64,000 nt of DNA, taken from NCBI RefSeq assembly GCF_009914755.1, contig NC_060937.1. One strand, written 5' to 3'. A model generated the notes under the pieces. The model was not told the origin of the DNA. It saw only the letters and a program-made list of their open reading frames with translations, and did no database searches. A program made the position numbers and the translations under genes. Source of the DNA: the human T2T-CHM13v2.0 reference genome, Homo sapiens. Shown piece after piece: positions 14,913 through 28,009 of this stretch (position 1 is the stretch's first letter; each line of letters begins with the position of its first letter).

Positions 14913-16309
14913 GCTCCCTCTCCCTCTCCCCCTCCCCCTCCCTCTCCCCTTTGCACGGTCTCCCTCTGATACCAAGCGGAGGCTGGACTGTACTGCCGCC
15001 ACCTTGACTCACTGCAACCTCCCTGCCTGATTCTCCTGCCTCAGCCTGCCCAGTGCCTGGGATTGCAGGCGCCCGCCGCCATGCCTGACTGGTTTTTGTA
15101 TTTTTTGGTGGAGACGGGGTTTCGCCGTGTTGGCCGGGCTGGTCTCCAGCTTGTGACCACAAGTGATCTTCCAGCCTCTGCCTCCCAAGGTGCCGGGATT
15201 GCAGACGGAGTCTCGCTCACTCAGTGCTCAATGTTACCCAGGCTGGAATGCAGTGGCGTGATCTCGGCTCGCTACAACCTCCACCTCCCAGCCGCCTGCC
15301 TTGGCCTCCCAAAGTGCCGAGATTGCAGCCTCTGCCCAGCCGCCACCCCGTCTAGGAAGTGAGGAGCGTCTCTGCCTGGCTGCCGATCGTCTGGGATGTG
15401 AGGAGCCCCTCTGCCCCGCCGCCCAGTCTGGGAAGTGAGGAGCGCCTCTTCCCGGCCTTCATACCGTCTAGGAAGTGAGGAGCGTCTCTGCCCGGCCGCC
15501 CATCATCTGGGATGTGGGGAGCGCCTCTGCCCCGCCACCCCATCTGAGATGTGAAGAGCGCCTCTGCCCAGCCGCGGCCCCGTCTGGGAACTGAGGAGTG
15601 TCTCTGCCCCACCGCCACCCCGTCTGGGAGATGAGGAGCGTCTCTGACCGGCCACCCCGTCTGGGAAGTAAGGAGCCCCTCTGCCCGGCAGCCGCCTCGT
15701 CTGGGAGGTGGGGGGCGCCTCTGCCCAGCTGCCCCGTCTGGGAAGTGAGGAGCCCCTCTGCCCGGCCGCCACCCCGTCTGGGAGGTGTACCCAACAGCTC
15801 ATTGAGAACGGGCCATGATGATGATGGTGGTTTTGTCGAATAGAAAAGGGGGAAATGTGGGGAAAAGAAAGAGAGATCAGATTGTTACTGTGTCTGTGCA
15901 GAAAAAAGTAGACATAGGAGACTCCATTTTGTTCTGTACTAAGAAAAATTCTTCTGCCTTGGGATGCTGTTAATCTATAACCTTACCCCCAACCCCGTGC
16001 TCTCTGAAACATGTGCTGTGTCCACTAAGGGTTAAATGGATTAAGGGCGGTGCAAGATATGCTTTGTTAAACAGATGCTTGAAGGCAGCATACTCGTTAA
16101 GAGTCATCACCACTCCCTAATCTCAAGTACCCAGGGACACAAACACTGCGGAAGGCAGCAGGGCCCTCTGCCTAGGAAAACCAGAGACCTTTGTTCACAT
16201 GTTTATCTGCTGACCTTCCCTCCACTATTGTCCTGTGACCCTGCCAAATCCCCCTCTCCGAGAAACACCCAAGAATGATCAATAAATACTAAAAGAATTA
16301 AAAAAAAAA
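14913..16309 (+). mobile_element. Full-length SVA retrotransposon (older SVA_A/B-like, short VNTR)
   Basis: (CCCTCT)n hexamer head, antisense Alu-like domain, GC-rich VNTR (~15340-15785), SINE-R, AATAAA at 16281 and A tail. TSD aaaa(g/t)gagccattg at 14899-14912 and 16306-16319. Confidence 0.95.
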
Positions 16310-17910
16310 TGAGCCATTGAAAGCTAATGGAACTAATATAAAAAGATCCACACCAGAAAATACCGGTGAAAAGAAAATTTGAAATGTTTCCAGAGAGCAA
16401 AAGAAATTCCATTTACTATAGTGGACAATAGTAGTTACAGTTTTAGCTTTCTTGTTTGCTTTTTTCTCTCCTTTCTTCCAGTAAGAATGTCTGTCCTGCC
16501 ATCCTCCCTCCCTTCCTCCCTTCTCCTTCTTTTCTTTCTTTTCTCTCTATATGTCATTCAGATGGGGCTATGAATTTCAGGACCACCCCAACCCAGGCCA
16601 CAGGGAGAAGCCCAGAACCCACACATGACTAATCAGAGAATCCCACTTTCTGGCTACAGTGATTAGCTCAGAATGGGCATGGCACCAAAAAGGGCTCACT
16701 CCAAGCCCTCCCCAGGATTTTCATGTGTTAATGGGGAAGTTGGTCTCTTTCCTTTGGGGTTATGTGGCCACAGGGATGTTGGCTACAGCTGCATGTAGTT
16801 GTCTTTCTTGCAGAGGAAGCTTGTTGCAGTAGTACAGAATGAGCCAAACATACAGAAAGAAATAACAAACAGAGTCACAAGACATGGAAGAAAACCCCAA
16901 TGGCACCATTTGAACTACTCAGCCATACTTGAGGCCAGCTCCACCTCTGGACTTTCCAGGGATAAGTCACCAAATTCCATACTTTGCTGAAGGCAGTTGA
17001 GTTGTTCCTGTAGTATGCATCTGCAAAGAAATGAAAATCAGATTGGCATCAAGACTTCTCATCAGCCACACGGAACACAAGAAGATAACACAGAGAATTC
17101 TTCTAAGTTCTATGTGAACTTTGAACCTAGAATATAATTTTGAACTTAGAATTCTATATCCATTCACTATTATTCTAGTGCGAGGGCAAAATAAAGAGAT
17201 ATTTAGAATGTGTAATGACTCAGAAAGTGTTCCATTCACAGAAGTTTTCTGAAAGAATTTCTTGGGAATGAATTGTAGCAACAAGAAAAAATGGATTCAA
17301 GATGTAAGACTATGGAATATGCAAAATAATGTTGAGCAAAGTCATCAGCAAAAGTTGTGATTAATCTAAACAAACATGATGCATAGTACAAATTTAGTTC
17401 CACAGTAGTCTGGAACTAAACTTCTGAATTACTATGTCATCAGAGAGAATGGTGGGACGGAAACGCTGTTAGTGTCTAAGAGTTTCATATCATTAGGGAG
17501 AAGCTACAGATAGTAAATCTAGGCCTGAATAGCAAATTTAAATTTTATTCATTTGTCAAAAATTTGTCAAAACGACAACTACTAAAAAAATAGAAATAGG
17601 ATGTGTAATTTCCAAACCAATAAAGGGGGAAAAATCCCAATCCAATAAAAAGGGCAAATGAGGGGAAAAAATAAATAACAAAACACATGGAAAGAGAAAG
17701 CATAAAACAAGCTGTCAGGAATAAATCCAGACACAACAGGGATCATAGTAAGTGTGTGAGTATGTCAAATGCTGGAGTGTGAGCATTATGAAGGCAGGGA
17801 TTGTAATTGTTTGTTCACTGCTGAGTCCTTCAATTAATATTTGTTGAATGAATGAATGGATAGATGTTCTAAGATTTGATTTTCAACAATCCTGTTTAAT
17901 AAACAGATCT

Positions 17911-19005
17911 TGGCTTTGCAGATGCTGCCAGGAACCCCATACTATCAGCCATGGTCAACCCCACCGTGTTCTTCAACATGGCTGTCAATGATGAGCCCTT
18001 GTGCCACGTCTCCTTTGAGCTGTATGCAGACAAGTTTCCAAAGACAGCAGAAAACTTTCGTGCTCTGAGCACTGGAGAGAAAGGATTTGGTTACAAGGGT
18101 TTCTGCTTTTACAGAATTATTCCAGGGTTTATGTGGTTTATGTGTCAGGGCAGTGACTTCACACACCATAATGGCACTGGTGGCAAGTCCATCTATGGAG
18201 AGAAATTTGATGACGAGAACTTCATCCTGAAGCATACAGGTCCTGAACCCTCACATTCCCAAACCAATTACTTATCCATGGCAAATGCTGGACCCAACAC
18301 AAATGGTTCCCAGTTTTTCCTCTGCACTGCCAAGACTGAGTGGTTGGATGGCACACATGTGGTCTTTGGCAAGGTGAAAGAAGGCATCAATATTGTGGAG
18401 GCCATGGAGCGCTTTGGATCTAGGAATGGCAAGACCAGCAAGATCACCACTGTTGACTGTGGACAACTCTAATGAATTTAACTTGTGTTTTTTCTTTTTA
18501 AGATGGAGTTTCACTCTTGTTTCCCAGGCTAGCGTACAATGGTGTCATCTCTGCTCACTGCAAGCTCCGCCTCCGGGTTCAAGTGATTCTCCTGCCTCAG
18601 CCTCCGGAATAGCTGGGATTATAGGCACGCGCCAGCACGCCTGGCTAATTTTGTAATTTTAGTAGAGATGGGGTTTCATCATTTTGGCCAGGCTGGTCTC
18701 AAACTCCTAACCTCAGGTGATCCACCCGCCTCGGCCACCCAAAGTGCTGGGATTAAAGGAATGAGCCACCATGCCTGGCCAACTTGTGTTTTTTCTTAAC
18801 CACCACGCCATTCCTTCTGTAGCTCAGGAGAGCACCCCTCCACCCCATTTGCTTGTAGTATCCTAGAATCTTTGTGCTCTCGCTGCAGTTCCCTTTGGGT
18901 TCCATGTTTTCCTTATTCCTTTCCACGTCTAGCTGGATTGCAGAGTTAAGTTTATGGTTATGAAATAAAAAGTAAATAACAACAACAACAACAACAAAAA
19001 AAAAC
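17911..19005 (+). pseudogene. PPIAP26: Processed PPIA (cyclophilin A) retrocopy, probably PPIAP26; ORF 17951-18472 (173 aa) uninterrupted
   Basis: Intronless MVNPTVFF...DCGQL with PPIA-like 5' UTR, 3' UTR (split by an Alu), AATAAA at 18964-18969 and an (AAC)n/A tail. TSD taa(t/a)aaacagatct at 17897-17910 and 19317-19330. The symbol is from memory of the locus. Confidence 0.9.
18488..18780 (-). mobile_element. Alu (AluS-like) inserted in the PPIA retrocopy 3' UTR
   Basis: TSD aacttgtgtttttt on both sides; PPIA UTR sequence resumes at 18781. Confidence 0.95.
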
Positions 19006-19009
19006 CAGA

Positions 19010-19316
19010 TTTTTTTTTTTTTTTTTTTTGAGACAGAGTCTCACTCCACCCAGGCTGGAGTGCAGTGGCATAATCTCAGATCACTGCAACCTCTGCACCT
19101 CTGCCTCCTGGGTTCAAGCGATTCTTCTGCCTCAGCCTCCCGAGTAGCTGGGACTACAGGCATGTGCCACCATGCCTGGCTAATTTCTGTATTTTTAGTA
19201 GAGATAGGGTTTAGCCATGTTGGCCAGGCTGGTCTCAAACTCCTGATCTCAGGTGATTCACCCACCTCGGACTCCCAAAGTTCTGGGATTACAGGTGTAA
19301 GCCACCATGCCTGGCC
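19010..19316 (-). mobile_element. Alu (AluS-like) inserted at the retrocopy poly-A/TSD
   Basis: Reverse Alu flanked by aaaa(c/a)cagat. Confidence 0.95.
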
Positions 19317-21809
19317 TAAAAAACAGATCTAAATCAAATAAACAACCCACACATACCGCATGCACACACATTAAGGTTGGAAATAAAGAGATGGGAAAAT
19401 ATTTCCCAGGAAAAGTTTGACTAAAAGAGCAAGTATGGTCATTTTGGTATCAGATGAAACAATGTCAAGGTCAAATGCATTAAACCAAATCAAGAACAAT
19501 ATTTTATATAACCTGGCTAGGAAGTGCAAGCAAATCAACTGACAAATAGTTGGATCCTATAAGATAGGTCAGTAAGATGGCTAGGCACAAAATTAATCTC
19601 CACAAATTAATAGCTTCTCTATATACTAGAAATAACTAAGAAAACAAGAGGGATAAAAGATTCAAATCATATTCACAACAATAAAATGCACAAAACACCA
19701 AGAATACTGATATGATAACCCTAACAAGAAATGGGCAAGAGCAATAATGAAAAAAACTATAAAATGATGATGACAACATTATTATAAAAACCAAGAATTG
19801 AACCCTGAAAACAGAGACACACCCAAAATGGAATTACTCAACATTGTAAAGATGACAGTGCTCCCCAAGGCAGTCTTTGGAGTCACTGCCATCCAAATAA
19901 AATCCCCAGAATTTGGTAAACATATACTAAAATTAATCTGGGGGAGAAAAAGCATAAGAATAACTGGGAAACATTTTGATAAGTAGTGGAGGAGAGGCTT
20001 GCCCTACCAGATATCAAAATATGGTCCTCAAGTTTAAGAATTAAACTTGTGCAAAAAGTGACAGATTAGTAATACAGAATAGAGGATCCAGAAACACAAA
20101 TCAATTTATGGCACTTTAGTTTTTGATGAAAATGGCATTTCAGGTAGTGGGAGGTGATGTTCAGAACAATGTTGGGAAAAGTACCTATTCATTTTGAAAA
20201 ATAAAGTTGGAATTTAACCTTGTGCCAACACAAAAATAAATGGGTGAGGTATTAAAAAGCTAATCATAAAACCTAAACTTTAAAATATTGGAAAAATAGG
20301 AGATTTAAGAAAAATTATGCTGAAATGGAGAAAGCCTTCTTATGTAAGACACAGATTAAAAAAAACAGAAAAGAAAAAATGGGTAGATTTGACTACACAA
20401 AACAAAACAAAACAAAACAAAATCCAAGACACAAAAATTCTCTGTGGGAGGTAGTATTTGCAAGATATAAAATACACAAAGGATTAATGTATATTATACT
20501 TAAAGAACTCTCATAAATCAACAGACAATCAAAAAAAAATGAACAAGGGACGTGAATAAGCAATTCACAGTAGAAGAAATACAAAAGTCAATATATATGT
20601 GAAAAACACTCAACATTATTAATAAAAGGGAAATGCAAATTAAAATAAGAATGTGACATCAATTTTTATCCACACTAAGATTGAACACAAATTTTAAATG
20701 ATAGAAACCATTCAATAATATCACATATATATCAGTAAGCTTTTTGGTTGTAGGTAGCATAAACACATGATTTAAACTGCCTTGAAGAGTTAGTGAATTT
20801 GTTATTTGACATAACCAAATGTCTACAGATATGGCCACTTCCTGGTGTGGTACCTTCAGTGACTTATAATGACCTTTCTTTATTGCTCTGCCAAACTTCA
20901 TCCTAAGGCCGTAACTCTTAAGAGTGGCAAAAGGGTTAAGCCTGTTCCAGATACCACATCCAGTCCCGAAAAGTTTCACAAGAAGAGGGGATCTTTTCTC
21001 TTGTGACTCTTTTAGGAGTAAGGAAACCTTTCTAGAAGTTTCCCCAGGCACATTTTCCTTCGTGGTTCATTAGCCCAGAATTGGGTCACATTTCCCTCCC
21101 TAAACCCATCTCTGGAAAGGGAAATGGGCTTATCCTTATCACGTGGATAAGGAGGCATCCACCATGACCACTTTAACAAGGGCATGGGGAAATTGGTACT
21201 CTTACTCGCTACTGAATTGGTTCAGCCCATCGGTATCTTCCAAAATTCAAAATTTGTACATTCTTTGAATTATCACTCCAAGGCATCTCTATAGCTGCAG
21301 AAATACTGGCATGTTGCATCAGAAACATTTACAAGGGTATTCACCACAATGATGCTTATCTTAAAAATTGGATATCCTCTGAATACACATCTATAATGGA
21401 ATGGTACATTCACACAGTGCGATATAAGCAGCAGTTTCAAAAACTCTTTAAGGCAAAAGTGAAAAAATCAAGTTATAAAACTGTTACATTTATGTTATAA
21501 ACACACTTAGAGATAACTATTTGCATACAAATGCATAGAGAAGGCACTCAAAGGATACATGCCTTACTTTCAAGGAGGAAAGTCAGGATGTGGGGTATGT
21601 AGATGATTCTTCTTATTTATTTGATTTTTTAGTCTTATCATAGTGGCTTAGGCCATAAAGACATTTATTGTATTGACATTTATGTATCTTACATAAAAGT
21701 CTGGAGGTAGGTATTTCATTGTATGCGTGTGTGGCAAGGCAGTGATATTACTAAAGACCCCAGCTCTTTTTATCTGCTCAGCCATTCTTAGCATATTGGC
21801 TTAAACAAA

Positions 21810-22070
21810 CATTTTTATTGATACACATATTTGTACATATTTATGGAGTATATGTGATATTTTGTCACATGCATAGACTGTGTAATGATCAAGTCGGGTA
21901 TTTGGGGTCTCCATCACCTCCACTATTTCTCATTTCTATACGTTGGGAACATTTCAAGTCCTCTCTTCTAGCTATTTTTAAATAGAATACATTGTTGTTA
22001 ACTACAGTTGCCCACTCTGCTATCAAAGATTAGAACTTATTTTTTCTATCTAACTGTATATTTATACTCC
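21810..22070 (-). mobile_element. L1MA 3' end fragment
   Basis: ttgtacatatttatggagtatatgtgatattttg...gtatttggggtctccatcacc, typical of the L1MA 3' UTR. Confidence 0.7.
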
Positions 22071-22105
22071 TTAAGCATGTTGGCTTTTTACTCAGGTTTA
22101 TTACA

Positions 22106-22666
22106 AAGGGTCCCAAACTTTCTGGTCTGTAGTACCCTTAGTGTCTCAGTGATTTTTTTTTAATGGTGCCACTAGGCCAAAATAAATACCTAAAATTTAT
22201 GTTTATTGGGTAATTATTAATAGGTCCAAACAATTTAGTAGATATTCATGACCTAATAATTGAGTAGCCATTTGAAAAAAATAATACACACAAATTGAAA
22301 GACAAAGTATTTTCATTTCATTGGTAAATAACTGTAATTATTTACTAATGGGATCCATAATTCTGATGGGCACTATACAATTTCTTGAACTTTACTGCTA
22401 TCCTCAACTCCCATTGCATTTTCATTTTTGCACAGTACTTTAAAAAAATTACAACTGCTGAAAACCGCATTTCACAAAGATATGCTATCAAAAGGAATTT
22501 AGTGCAATCTAATATTGAAAGTATGAACTGTCTGGATCTAGCAGTTTTCATGATGCTTGATATGTTATCACTGTTTTTAAAATTTTCCCCTGCAAATTTA
22601 CATTGTGATGCCTCTGGAGTTCACTGTAGCATTCCAGGGTGCCTCAGTGCATGGTTTGGGAATTGC
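22106..22666. mobile_element. hAT-Charlie DNA transposon relic
   Basis: Terminal inverted-repeat-like ends gtcccaaact ... ggtttgggaattg. Confidence 0.5.
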
Positions 22667-22779
22667 AGGTTTATCATCTTGTAGCTGCAGGATGGTTGTC
22701 TCAGCTCCAAGCATGCATCTCTGTACAACAATATTCATGGAGGAAGAAGGTACAAGCTTTCTTCTTACTTCTTTCATTC

Positions 22780-23208
22780 CATTTCAAATTTATTGCAATA
22801 GAATTTCATGTAACAAAGTTCACCTATTTTGAGTATATGGCCAGATAAGTTTTGACGAATGTATACATCTGTATAATCTTCACTACAATCAAGATACAGA
22901 AGACTTTCATCACCCCAAGAAGTCCTTTTGAGCCCTTTTCCACTCAATCTCCCCACCATCCCCCAGTGACTAGTGATCTGCTTCCTATCACTATAGATTA
23001 AATTGATCTTTTCTAGGTTTTCATAGAAATTAGACACAAAGTATGGACTCAGGTGCTGCATACTAATTCTAAGACTCATCTATGTGGTTGCATGTATCAG
23101 TAGTTCACTCCTTTTCTTGCTGAGTAGTAGTCTGTTGTTTGACTATACCACCATTTGTCATCCATTCACCTGCAGGCAGACATTTGAGTTGTTTGCAGTT
23201 TAGGGCTG
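22780..23208 (-). mobile_element. L1M 3' fragment (continues at 24817-24900)
   Basis: L1 3'-end phrases that continue across the MST/LTR12 insertion. Confidence 0.7.
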
Positions 23209-24816
23209 TGATATGGTTTAGCTCTGACCCCACACAAATCTCATCTTGAACTGTAGCTCCCATAAACCCCACTGTCATGGGAGGGACCCAGTGGGAGGTA
23301 ATTGAATCACCAGGGCAGGTTTTCCCATGTTGTTCTCGTGATAGTGAATAAGTCTCAGGAGATCTGATGGTTTTATAAAGGGCAGCTCCCCTGCACACAC
23401 TCTCTTGCCTGCCATCATGTAAGATGTGCCTTTGCTCCTCCTTTGCCTTCCATCATGATTGTGAGGCCTCCCCAGCCATGTGGAACTGTGAGTCCATTAA
23501 AACTGTTTTTCTTTACAAATTACTCAGTCTCAGGTATTTCTTTATAGCAGTAGTGAGAGGTGAAAACGTGCTGGCAGCCCTTGCTCACTCTCAGCACCTC
23601 CTCAGCCTCGGCGTCCACTCTGGCCACGCTTGAGGAGCCCTTCAGCCCGCCGCTGCACTGTGGGAGCCTCTCTCTGGGCTGGCTGAGGCTAGAGCCGGCT
23701 CCCTCTGCTTGCTGGGAGGTGTGGAGGAAGAGGTGCCGGCGGGAACCTGGGCTGCATTCGGCGCTCGAGTTCCGGGTGGGCCTGGGCTCTGCGGCCCCTC
23801 ACTCAGAGTGGCTGGCCGGTGCCGCTGGCCCCGGGCAGTGGAGGGCTTAGCACCCGGACCAGCAGCTGCAGAGGGGGTGCCGGGTCCCCCAGCACTGCTG
23901 GCGGGACCACACCAGGCTCGAATTCTTGTGGGGCCTCAGCTGCCACCCTATGGGGCAGGGTTCAGGACCTGCAGCCTGCCATGCCCGAGCACCCCCGCAG
24001 TGGGCTCCCATGCAGCCTGAGCCTCCCTGATGGGCGCCACCCCCTGCTCCACGTCGCCCGGTCCCATGGACTGCCCAAGAGCTGAGGAGTGCAGGCGGGA
24101 GGCGTGGGAGTGGCAGGCAGCTCCACCCACAGCCCTGGTGCGGGATCCACTAGGGGAAGCCAGCTGGGCTCCTGAGTTGGGTGTGGACTTGGAGAACCTT
24201 TATGTCTAGCTAAAAGATTGTAAATACACCAATCAGCACTCTGTGTCTAGCTCAAGGTTTGTAAACGCACCAATCAGCACCCTGTCAAAACAGATCAATC
24301 AGCTCTCTGTAAAATGGACCAATCAGCAGCATGTGGGTGGGGCCAGATAAGGGAATAAAAGCAGGCTGCGGAGCCAGCCCCGGCAACTCGCTTGGGTCTT
24401 CTTCCACAGTGGAGACTTTGCTCTTTAGCTCTTTGCAGTAAATCTTGATGCTGCTCACTATTTGGGTGCGGACTGTCTTTTTGAGCTGTAACACTCAAGG
24501 GGAAAGTCTGCAGCTTCATTCCTGAGACCAGCAAGACCATGAGCTCTCCAAGAGAAATAAACAGCTGCGGATGTGCCGCTGTAAGAGCTGTGACATTCGC
24601 CGGGAAAGTCTGCAGCTTCAGTCCTGAAGCCAGCGAGATCATGAAGCTACCAGAAGGAAGAAACTCAACACTTCCGAATATTAGAAGGAACAAACTCCGG
24701 ACACACTATCTTTAAGAACTGTAATACTCATCGCGAGGGTCCGTGGCTTCATTCTTGAAGTCAGGGAGACCAAAAACCCGCCAATTCCGGACACAGTACG
24801 AAAGTGGACTAATACG
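23209..24816 (+). mobile_element. MST (MaLR) LTR split by an LTR12 (parts 23209-23553 and 24796-24816)
   Basis: TGATATGGTTT start and ...ggactaatac(g) end; 5-bp TSD GGCTG at 23204-23208 and 24817-24821. Confidence 0.88.
23554..24795 (+). mobile_element. LTR12 (ERV9) solo LTR
   Basis: TGAGAGGTGAAAACGTGCTGGCAG ... CCAATTCCGGACACA; CCAAT repeats; AATAAA TATA-like box at 24354-24359; TSD GTAG/GTAC. Confidence 0.92.
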
Positions 24817-26579
24817 GGCTGGTATGAATAAAGCTGCCCTGAACACTCGGGGACAAGTCTTTGTGTGCATGTATGTTTTTATTTGTTTTGGATGATGTCT
24901 TTCTCTCTTTGTAGAGGGCAAAATTATTTCTAGAATCCCCGGACCAGACTTTCACTTATGTATCATTGGCCAGTCCTAGTCACCCTCTCATCTCCAAACC
25001 AATACCTAAAAAAGGAAATGGAGTCACATTGGAGCAATCCCTTGACATCCTTTGGGGTTGGGGGATTGAGGTCCTCGCAGGAGCGAGTTGCCTCCCTGAA
25101 GAGTCAGCCTTACCAACACAGGAAAAAGGAAGGAGTAATTTTTGGGTATGCAGCCATGCGTGTCTGTCACATTACTTTACCCGTGAGTATTTTTACTACA
25201 GAATATAGTAGTAGCATTATTTACATTTCACAGTGAGAGTCTTTTCTCTGACATAAAGGTGCTTAAGCAGATCCATTGCCAAGAGATATTCAACAATAGT
25301 CGTAGGAATAAGCAGAGAAGAGACAAACATAAAGTTGACAGAAAGAGAATTGCTCTGGGGAATATGATATGAGGGCACAAGCATCATATGGAGAGAATTT
25401 TACCAACTGGCTGCCAGATGTGGGCCTGCCCTGGGCTGAGGCACAGCTGGTCTGCCCTACAGTAAATCAGATGTGGGAGGCAAGTGCCATCTGGCACGTA
25501 AACTTGGCAGAGCCTGGAAAGACAAGTGAACTCACGTGTGAAGTACTTATTATTATGGATGAACATGAGCAGAGCTCTGGCACCAGCAGCAGGGCGAGCA
25601 GTTTCCTTCACCTAGGGTCTTAGGTCTCATCTGCTGCTGCCACAGCGCGGCCAGCCGAGGGACTCCCTGGCCCTCAGCACCTCTTCTCTGGTCGAGGCTG
25701 ACTGTGCTTTAGTTATGAGGAGCTAAGGAGTTTGGCCCTTTAATTTCAGCCCTGATTTAGCATTTCTGCCCTTTCTCACTTCTTCCCTTGTACTCTCTTC
25801 CTAAGAGTTTGTTTCCCTTTGCTAAGCTTCTCAAGTGCAGGGACCAGATCTTGCATATTGTATTCGCTGTTTCTGCTCCTGGCATTCTGCCTTGCACAAA
25901 GTAGGTGCTCAACAAGGCATTGCAAAAATGTCTTCGCCACAGATAAAGACCAGAGGGAAGTATTGTGAAAGTGGTATTTCCACCCTCCACTGTTTGCATC
26001 TATTTCCAAATACCGGTTGATTGGTAACATCTAAGACGGATCACAGCAAATATTGTACATGTTTAGTGCACAATTCGGTTAACATTGCCCTAAAAGATTC
26101 CATTAACCATAATTCTGATATATCCACTACTAAGAATCGTAAAATGTTCGAGCTGAAAGGCACTCTAGAGATGAGCATTTACGAGGCCCAGAGATTTGAA
26201 GGACTTGCACAAGGCCATATTGGAAACAGAACAGAACAGTTATCTATAACCCACCTTATTCCTGCAAGAATTTAAACTGGGTTTTAAGGATAAATAAAAT
26301 ATAAGCCAGCAAAATTACAATTAGGAACAAAAGAACGTAACTTAAAAATGAGCTTGAGAGTAAGATCAAAATAGAAATATATACCAAAAAGGGAGCCTGC
26401 AACAGGTTAGCCCCAAACTTGGCTCTAAACATCTATATATCAAAACAGGAAAAGAAACGTGGTTACGTACAACTTTCATGATGTGTATGAAAGTAAAACA
26501 GACCAGTAGCTCCTAGAAGTCTAATCACTGTTGGTACCAGTACTTGACAGGCATCAGCCATAAAAAGAGCTCCGTGGGT

Positions 26580-26895
<316 letters not shown>

Positions 26896-27709
26896 TTATA
26901 ACAAAGGTCCTCAACAGTATCCCAGTGATGCACAGAAAAAGCATCCCTTAGTGCAGGGATGGTAGCTGATGGCAACTAAGCAAAGCTCATTCTGGAAAAA
27001 GCACTCTATGTGGGCGTAGGGGAGAACTGAGAACCAAATCCAGGATTACCAGTCGTAGAAAAAAAGTTTGCCAAATTGAGATGTGAAAGAATTGAACTCA
27101 GAATTCTGTGACATCAGGAATACAATAATAATTACTGTTCTTAATTATGACCCAGAGGCACTGTAGGCTCCGAAGTATTTTCTGAATCATCTAAGAAAAT
27201 TTTTTTTAATTTCAATCTGGTTTCATATTAATTTAGAACTTAATTAGCTACTAACATCTGTTCTAGCTGTTATTTCATATGTTTGTTTTATTCCCTTCAA
27301 TTAGATTGTCATTTTCTTGAGGGCTGGGGTCTGCATATAGGGAAAGTGCCAACTTACTTGACAAATGTAACATGAATCCCCTAAAGTTGACTGTAGAGGT
27401 GAAATCTCTGCATGAGGAAGGACAGCTGGACTTTTTAGCCCTGATTCTTTTGAGCTCTTTGTGAATTTCTGTTTCTATCATGAAAATAGGAGGTGGTACT
27501 GCTTTCTCCACTAATACCATCTCTTATTCCAGTCCCTTAATATCCCATGGCAGATTTGAGACTAATTTTGAATATTAAATAACACCTTATAAAGAGGCCT
27601 AAAATAATAAGAGGAAAATAAATACAGCATGTGAAACTACAGAATCTAGCTTACAACCATTACCAACAATGACTAACATCAACATCAACAGGTACTGACA
27701 ATATAATAT

Positions 27710-27920
27710 AAGTATTTGGAACCCAGATCTGGAGCCAAACTATTTGGGTTCAAATCCTAATTCTACCATTTACTAGCTGTTTAACTTTGGACAGGTTACT
27801 TAACCTCTCTGTGCCTCATTTTTCTCATCTTTAAAAAGATAACTGTACTTATCTCACAGAGGTATTGTGAGGGTTAAATGAACACTTATAATAGTGCTTG
27901 AACATAGTAAATATATATTG
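27710..27920. mobile_element. MIR
   Basis: gggttcaaatcc...ttacttaacctctctgtgcctcatttttctcatct. Confidence 0.75.
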
Positions 27921-28009
27921 GCTATTAATGTTATAACTAGGCACTTTTTATAAGCCACACACTTTATATATAATATTTGTTAATTTAACCTTCACATGAT
28001 GCTCTACTT

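Larger units (their letters stand above)
17030..20720 (+). mobile_element. Old L1 (L1M-type) relic, interrupted by the PPIA retrocopy and Alus
   Basis: A-rich sequence with degenerate L1 ORF2-like residue (e.g. LLNIVKMTVLPKA at ~19830). Confidence 0.7.

Noticed and set aside
14893-16278. Multiple ORFs and tandem repeats in a GC-rich block
   Set aside because: Explained by the SVA Alu-like, VNTR and SINE-R domains.
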